Shown one piece after another: positions 60,101 through 64,000 of a DNA stretch of 64,000 bases. Origin of the DNA: Raillietiella orientalis (lineage: Eukaryota). Location: assembly GCA_036172245.1 (NCBI GenBank), contig JAYWIR010000011.1, positions 2,418,001 through 2,482,000 on the forward strand. Reading direction: 5' to 3'. Position numbers and translations under genes: made by a program. The notes under the pieces were generated by a model, which was not told where the DNA came from, did not search any database, and saw nothing but the letters and a program-made list of their open reading frames with translations. The stretch's first letter is position 1. Every line of letters starts with the position of its first letter.

Positions 60101-62640
60101 CCTCCTGTCGGCCTCGGGTGCGCGCGTGCCCTGAGGGCTGAGAGCAACCAAGATGATTTTCCCCCACGCCATCTGCACCTCTGTCTCGAGCTTTTCGCTG
60201 CCTGCTTGCTCTCCCTCCCCTCCTCCCTGGACGCCCGCTTGCCCCGCCCAAAACAGGACGACCTCCGGGACACAGAACTCTCAAGGACGGACCCGGAAGA
60301 TGGAGGGCGCCGGCGCCTCTCGTCGAACTCGGGATGGGCCGTGTCTCAGACTACACCCGGTATCCGAAGTCTCACCGCCGCCGAGGGAGCCGCGAGAGGA
60401 GCCAGTGAGCTCCCGAGACCTTTGGAGAGAGGCCAGAGGGACACCCTAGGAAGGACGGGGTCGCGGTCTCCGGGAGGCAACTCCCGGTCACGACTTCTCC
60501 CTATCTCCCGGAAAGAGCGGAAAGGCAGGGGAAGAAAACCGCCTACAGGTCTTCCCGAGTCCCTTCTCCCGGGGGAGGGGGTCGAGGGCTCGCGGGGCCG
60601 CAGCTGGAGCTCCCCAGTGAGGGCTCCTGGAAGCGCAGGAGGACCTCGTGAAAAGGTGGGGTGGAAGGCAGCAGTCCCTGCATCCCGGGTCCTCCCAGAG
60701 AAGGTCGCCCCCAGGAACGTTTTCAGCGGCCCCGACGCATCCTCCCCCGCTCCGCCCGCGGAATTTCCCCTACCCCCGCCGCTAGGCGGTGCTCAACCGC
60801 AGCCTTCCCTTCCAAGTGCTTCGCGACGGCCCTCATTAGCGGGAAGACAGGATGGATACCTCGGCGGCCTCCCGCGGGCGGCCGCTTCTTGCTTCCCAGA
60901 CGGCGCGGCGAGACCTTGGCGCAGCTCCCCAGAAGTGGTGTCGTGCCTCGCTCCCCCACCTCCCGGTCGCTCTCTCGGAGGAAGTCTGCCTCCCGACAGC
61001 GGCAGAAAGGAGGAGGCGCGCCAGGGCGCCCACCTTGATGGGCGCGCGCCTGCCGACGGAGCCGGACGGCGACGGGCAGCTGGGAGAAGCGCGCACGACG
61101 CTTAGCGGCGAAGGGTCGCCAAGGTGGCGGAGGTAGCGAGGCGCCAAGGCGCCCTTTACGCGTCGTCACCCCTTCCGAGCAGCGCGAACCCCGCGCTGGG
61201 AGGCTCGCCGCGGCAGCGTGACCCCGGGAAGGACGCCCGCGCCACCGCTCTCTGCCAGTCTAATCGCCCCTTCCTGGAAGCGCCCCTGCGTGGCCGCCCG
61301 GGAGACCAGCGTCCTGAAGGCGCGAGACTACCACCGGCCACCATCTGTCACGGAGGGGTCGCTGCGGACACTGGGGTGCAGCAATGCTTCCCTCCTCTCT
61401 CCTCCTCCCCCCCCCCCGTCTTCCCAGCTCGCCTCCGGTCGGATGCTCTTCCTCGTCCACGGCCTGGGAGGGAGAGGGAACCGGCTGAACCCGCTGACTC
61501 CCGCCCTCCCCCGCGGCCTTCCTGCCTTGCATGAAATACGAGCGGGCGCGAGCCGCTGTCGGGTTGCGTGCGCGCGGGGTCCCCGCCCAACGCGTTGACG
61601 TCCCGACGGGAGAGATCCGGACGTCACCTCCACGCGCTCTTTTCTCCTTCGGACGGTCGCTCCCGGACCCTTCTCGCTCCCCTCCCTGCCGCCGCGACTG
61701 CGCTCTCCAGGTAGGGAAGCGGAGGAGGAGGCGCTTTCTTGATGGTACATGTGGAACGCGCGCGGATACTCGCCGTCATGCGGAGGAGACGTTGGCGCTT
61801 CTTCTCTCTGCGACCACCACAGGCGCCACCGTTCCGGACGGACCGAACGCGACAAGGGCTGGGGCAAGGCGGAGGCAGCGACGCGACCGCGGTCGGTCAG
61901 CCCCCGGAAAGTCCGGTGCACGACGCCCCGCGGGGGTTCGCGTCTCGTCCTGAAGACGCCGCGCGGAAGAAGGACAAGGAGGGAAGACGAAGGACCAACC
62001 CTTCCTTCCTTCTCCCGGAGGAGGATCGCCTTCCCGAGCCTTCCCCTCTTGCGTCTGGGAGACACGGTTCCACCCCTCTCCCGGTCCGGGAGCTGGTGCC
62101 TTCGCGCTCCCCCACTCCTCGCACCCCTCCTCCGCGACCGCCGAAGCCGAGGCCAACCCCTTCGAAGCGCTCGGGCACTGCTGCCACCAGTATTCGCCTG
62201 AATGAAACGCAAGCAATTAGCAAGAACAAAAAAAAAAAAAAAAAAACAAGGGGAGGAGGGGAGGGGCAAAGGGGACTTTTTTGTGTGCCTCTCCCACGAA
62301 AGCGCAACCCGAGACGCTTCCTTTGTTTTTTGCCTCTCCCCCCTCCCCTTTTCTTTTTCTTTTTTGCTCCTGCCCCCGGAGAGATGCTTCGAGGTACTCG
62401 CTGAAACGCCCCGCGCATCCGAGCGATTGCCGGGAGCTCTGCAGCACCGAATACCCATCCATGGGGAGAGGGGGAGGAGGCAGCAGCCTCCTCCCCGCGA
62501 ACTGCGCACCAGCTGCTGCAGCATTCATTCATGCATCCGCCGACGCGTTCCTCTGCCGGTGGAGGCCTGCGTGCCTGGGCTGTGGGGAACGGGAAGAGTG
62601 CGCGGGATCCGTGGCAGGCGGGCAGGCGCGGGAGGGGAGG

Positions 62641-62665
62641 TGCTGCTGCTGCTGCTGCTGCTGCT
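62641..62665. repeat. (TGC)8 trinucleotide repeat
   Basis: Direct reading. Confidence 0.9.
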
Positions 62666-64000
62666 ACCCGCCCGCTCCAGGCCGCCCGCGGCTTGGCGCC
62701 CGGGAGGGCGGGCGGAGGCGGCCGCAGCAGCAGCGCCTCGACGAAAACGCGGCGTTTTACCGAATCAAAAAAAGCGGGAGGGAGAGAAGGGAGGAAGAGG
62801 AAAGCAGCAAGGCAGAAGAAACGTCGGTGGCGAAAGCGCGCGACCGAGGCGAAACGAACGATTCGACGGCGACGGTGGGGCGGAACGTCGGATCCGCCGC
62901 TAGGCGCCGGCACGCTCCTTCCATTGTGTTTCCATTCCGGATCCGGTTGTTTATTTTCGTTCCTTCTGCAGAGATCCGCTGTATTTGTGGACCGGCGCAT
63001 CTTGTTTTCGAGTTATTATTAGAGCTCGGTTAGGAGCACCCGCGGAGTGGTGGTTCCGTTCGGACTCGGCAGCCGCTTCCGGAAGAGAACCCTTGGCAAC
63101 CCTTCAAATACGAAAATAAGAACGTAAAGTAAAATGCAACACTAAAACTAAAAAGGGGGGGGGGAAACAGTGCACATGAATCAAAGAGCCATAAAACACG
63201 CACGCACACACACATACACACACAGAATAGATCGCACGGATGGGGGAAGCAGTAGGAGCACCTCGGTGCCCACGTTCCGTACCCGCCGCAGCGCGCGTAT
63301 CCTTCCCCAGTCAGCGCCCTCTCGGAGCGAACCGTCGAACTGCGGAGACCAGCGCGTACGGGAGATACCCATGCACGGATCGGCAACGGCCCTCCGAGTG
63401 CGGGATGCCTCCGCGCGCGCGCGCGAAGGGCGTTTTTCTACGAGAGTCCGGTTGTCTGCCACTCGCGGCTTTTCTCGCCCTGTTCTTCTGCGCGTTCTCT
63501 CTCTCTCTTTTTTCCCTTCTTCCTCTTGGCTTCCTTCTCCTCCCCAGTTTTCTCCTTCCTTTGTTTGCCCCGCGTGCGACTTTCTTCGTCTCCTCGCGTC
63601 CGCGCTCGACGCAACCCGCTTTTTTTTTTTTTCCTCCCCCTTTCGAGGAAACACCCAGGTCGCACGTTACTACGCGCGGCCACGCGTTCGCAGGCGAATC
63701 TCCGTGACGTCACAGAATGCGGTTTTTATGGGAGCACGCGGAAGGGCCGAGGAGGTACCGGCGCAGGGCGGAGCGCTAATGGGATCCGACGTCGCGGTTC
63801 CGCGGGGAAAAGGGGGAAGGAGGGAGCCCCTCTCTTCCTTCCCGACCGATGGATCACTCGGGAAAGAGCACTCCTCGGGAGAGAGGGAAGGAGCGGAAGG
63901 CACCGACCGAACGAGAGGGCACCGGGGTCCGGGGTGGAGGCCCTGCGGCAGGAGCGCCCCCGGCGCCTTCGCTCGCTCTCCGCCTCGGCACCTGGGGCTT

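Noticed and set aside
59660..61105. 481-aa ORF and other long Arg/Pro/Gly-rich ORFs
   Set aside because: Expected from stop-codon scarcity at high GC; no recognisable motifs

Overview
Eukaryotic (invertebrate metazoan) genomic DNA, not prokaryotic. It is GC-rich by eye (roughly two-thirds G+C after ~3.5 kb), CpG-rich and full of homopolymers and microsatellites, so nearly all ORFs in the supplied track are spurious. The one firmly supported gene is a complete canonical Delta (Notch ligand) on the minus strand: 10 GT-AG exons, 53791->46854, 837 aa. Its domains are signal peptide, MNNL/C2, DSL, 9 EGF repeats (EGF1-2 DOS-type), a TM helix, an NxxN Neuralized-type motif and a C-terminal ATEV PDZ ligand. 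The first ~2.8 kb may hold the 3' part of a plus-strand gene with short introns (product unknown). Between the two is a ~44-kb stretch with no recognisable genes. It contains a near-identical 1.17-kb inverted duplication bracketing ~18.6 kb, an AT-rich 19-20-bp minisatellite, several AT-rich homeodomain-site clusters (candidate Delta enhancers), a tRNA-like Pol III head, and many heavily decayed non-LTR retrotransposon relics (RTE-like, one Penelope-like). The relics were recognised only by eye and their motifs appear to have drifted toward GC. I found no clearly novel multi-gene system. The most interesting items are the inverted duplication, the Delta splice architecture, the minisatellite and the apparent GC-ward TE decay.
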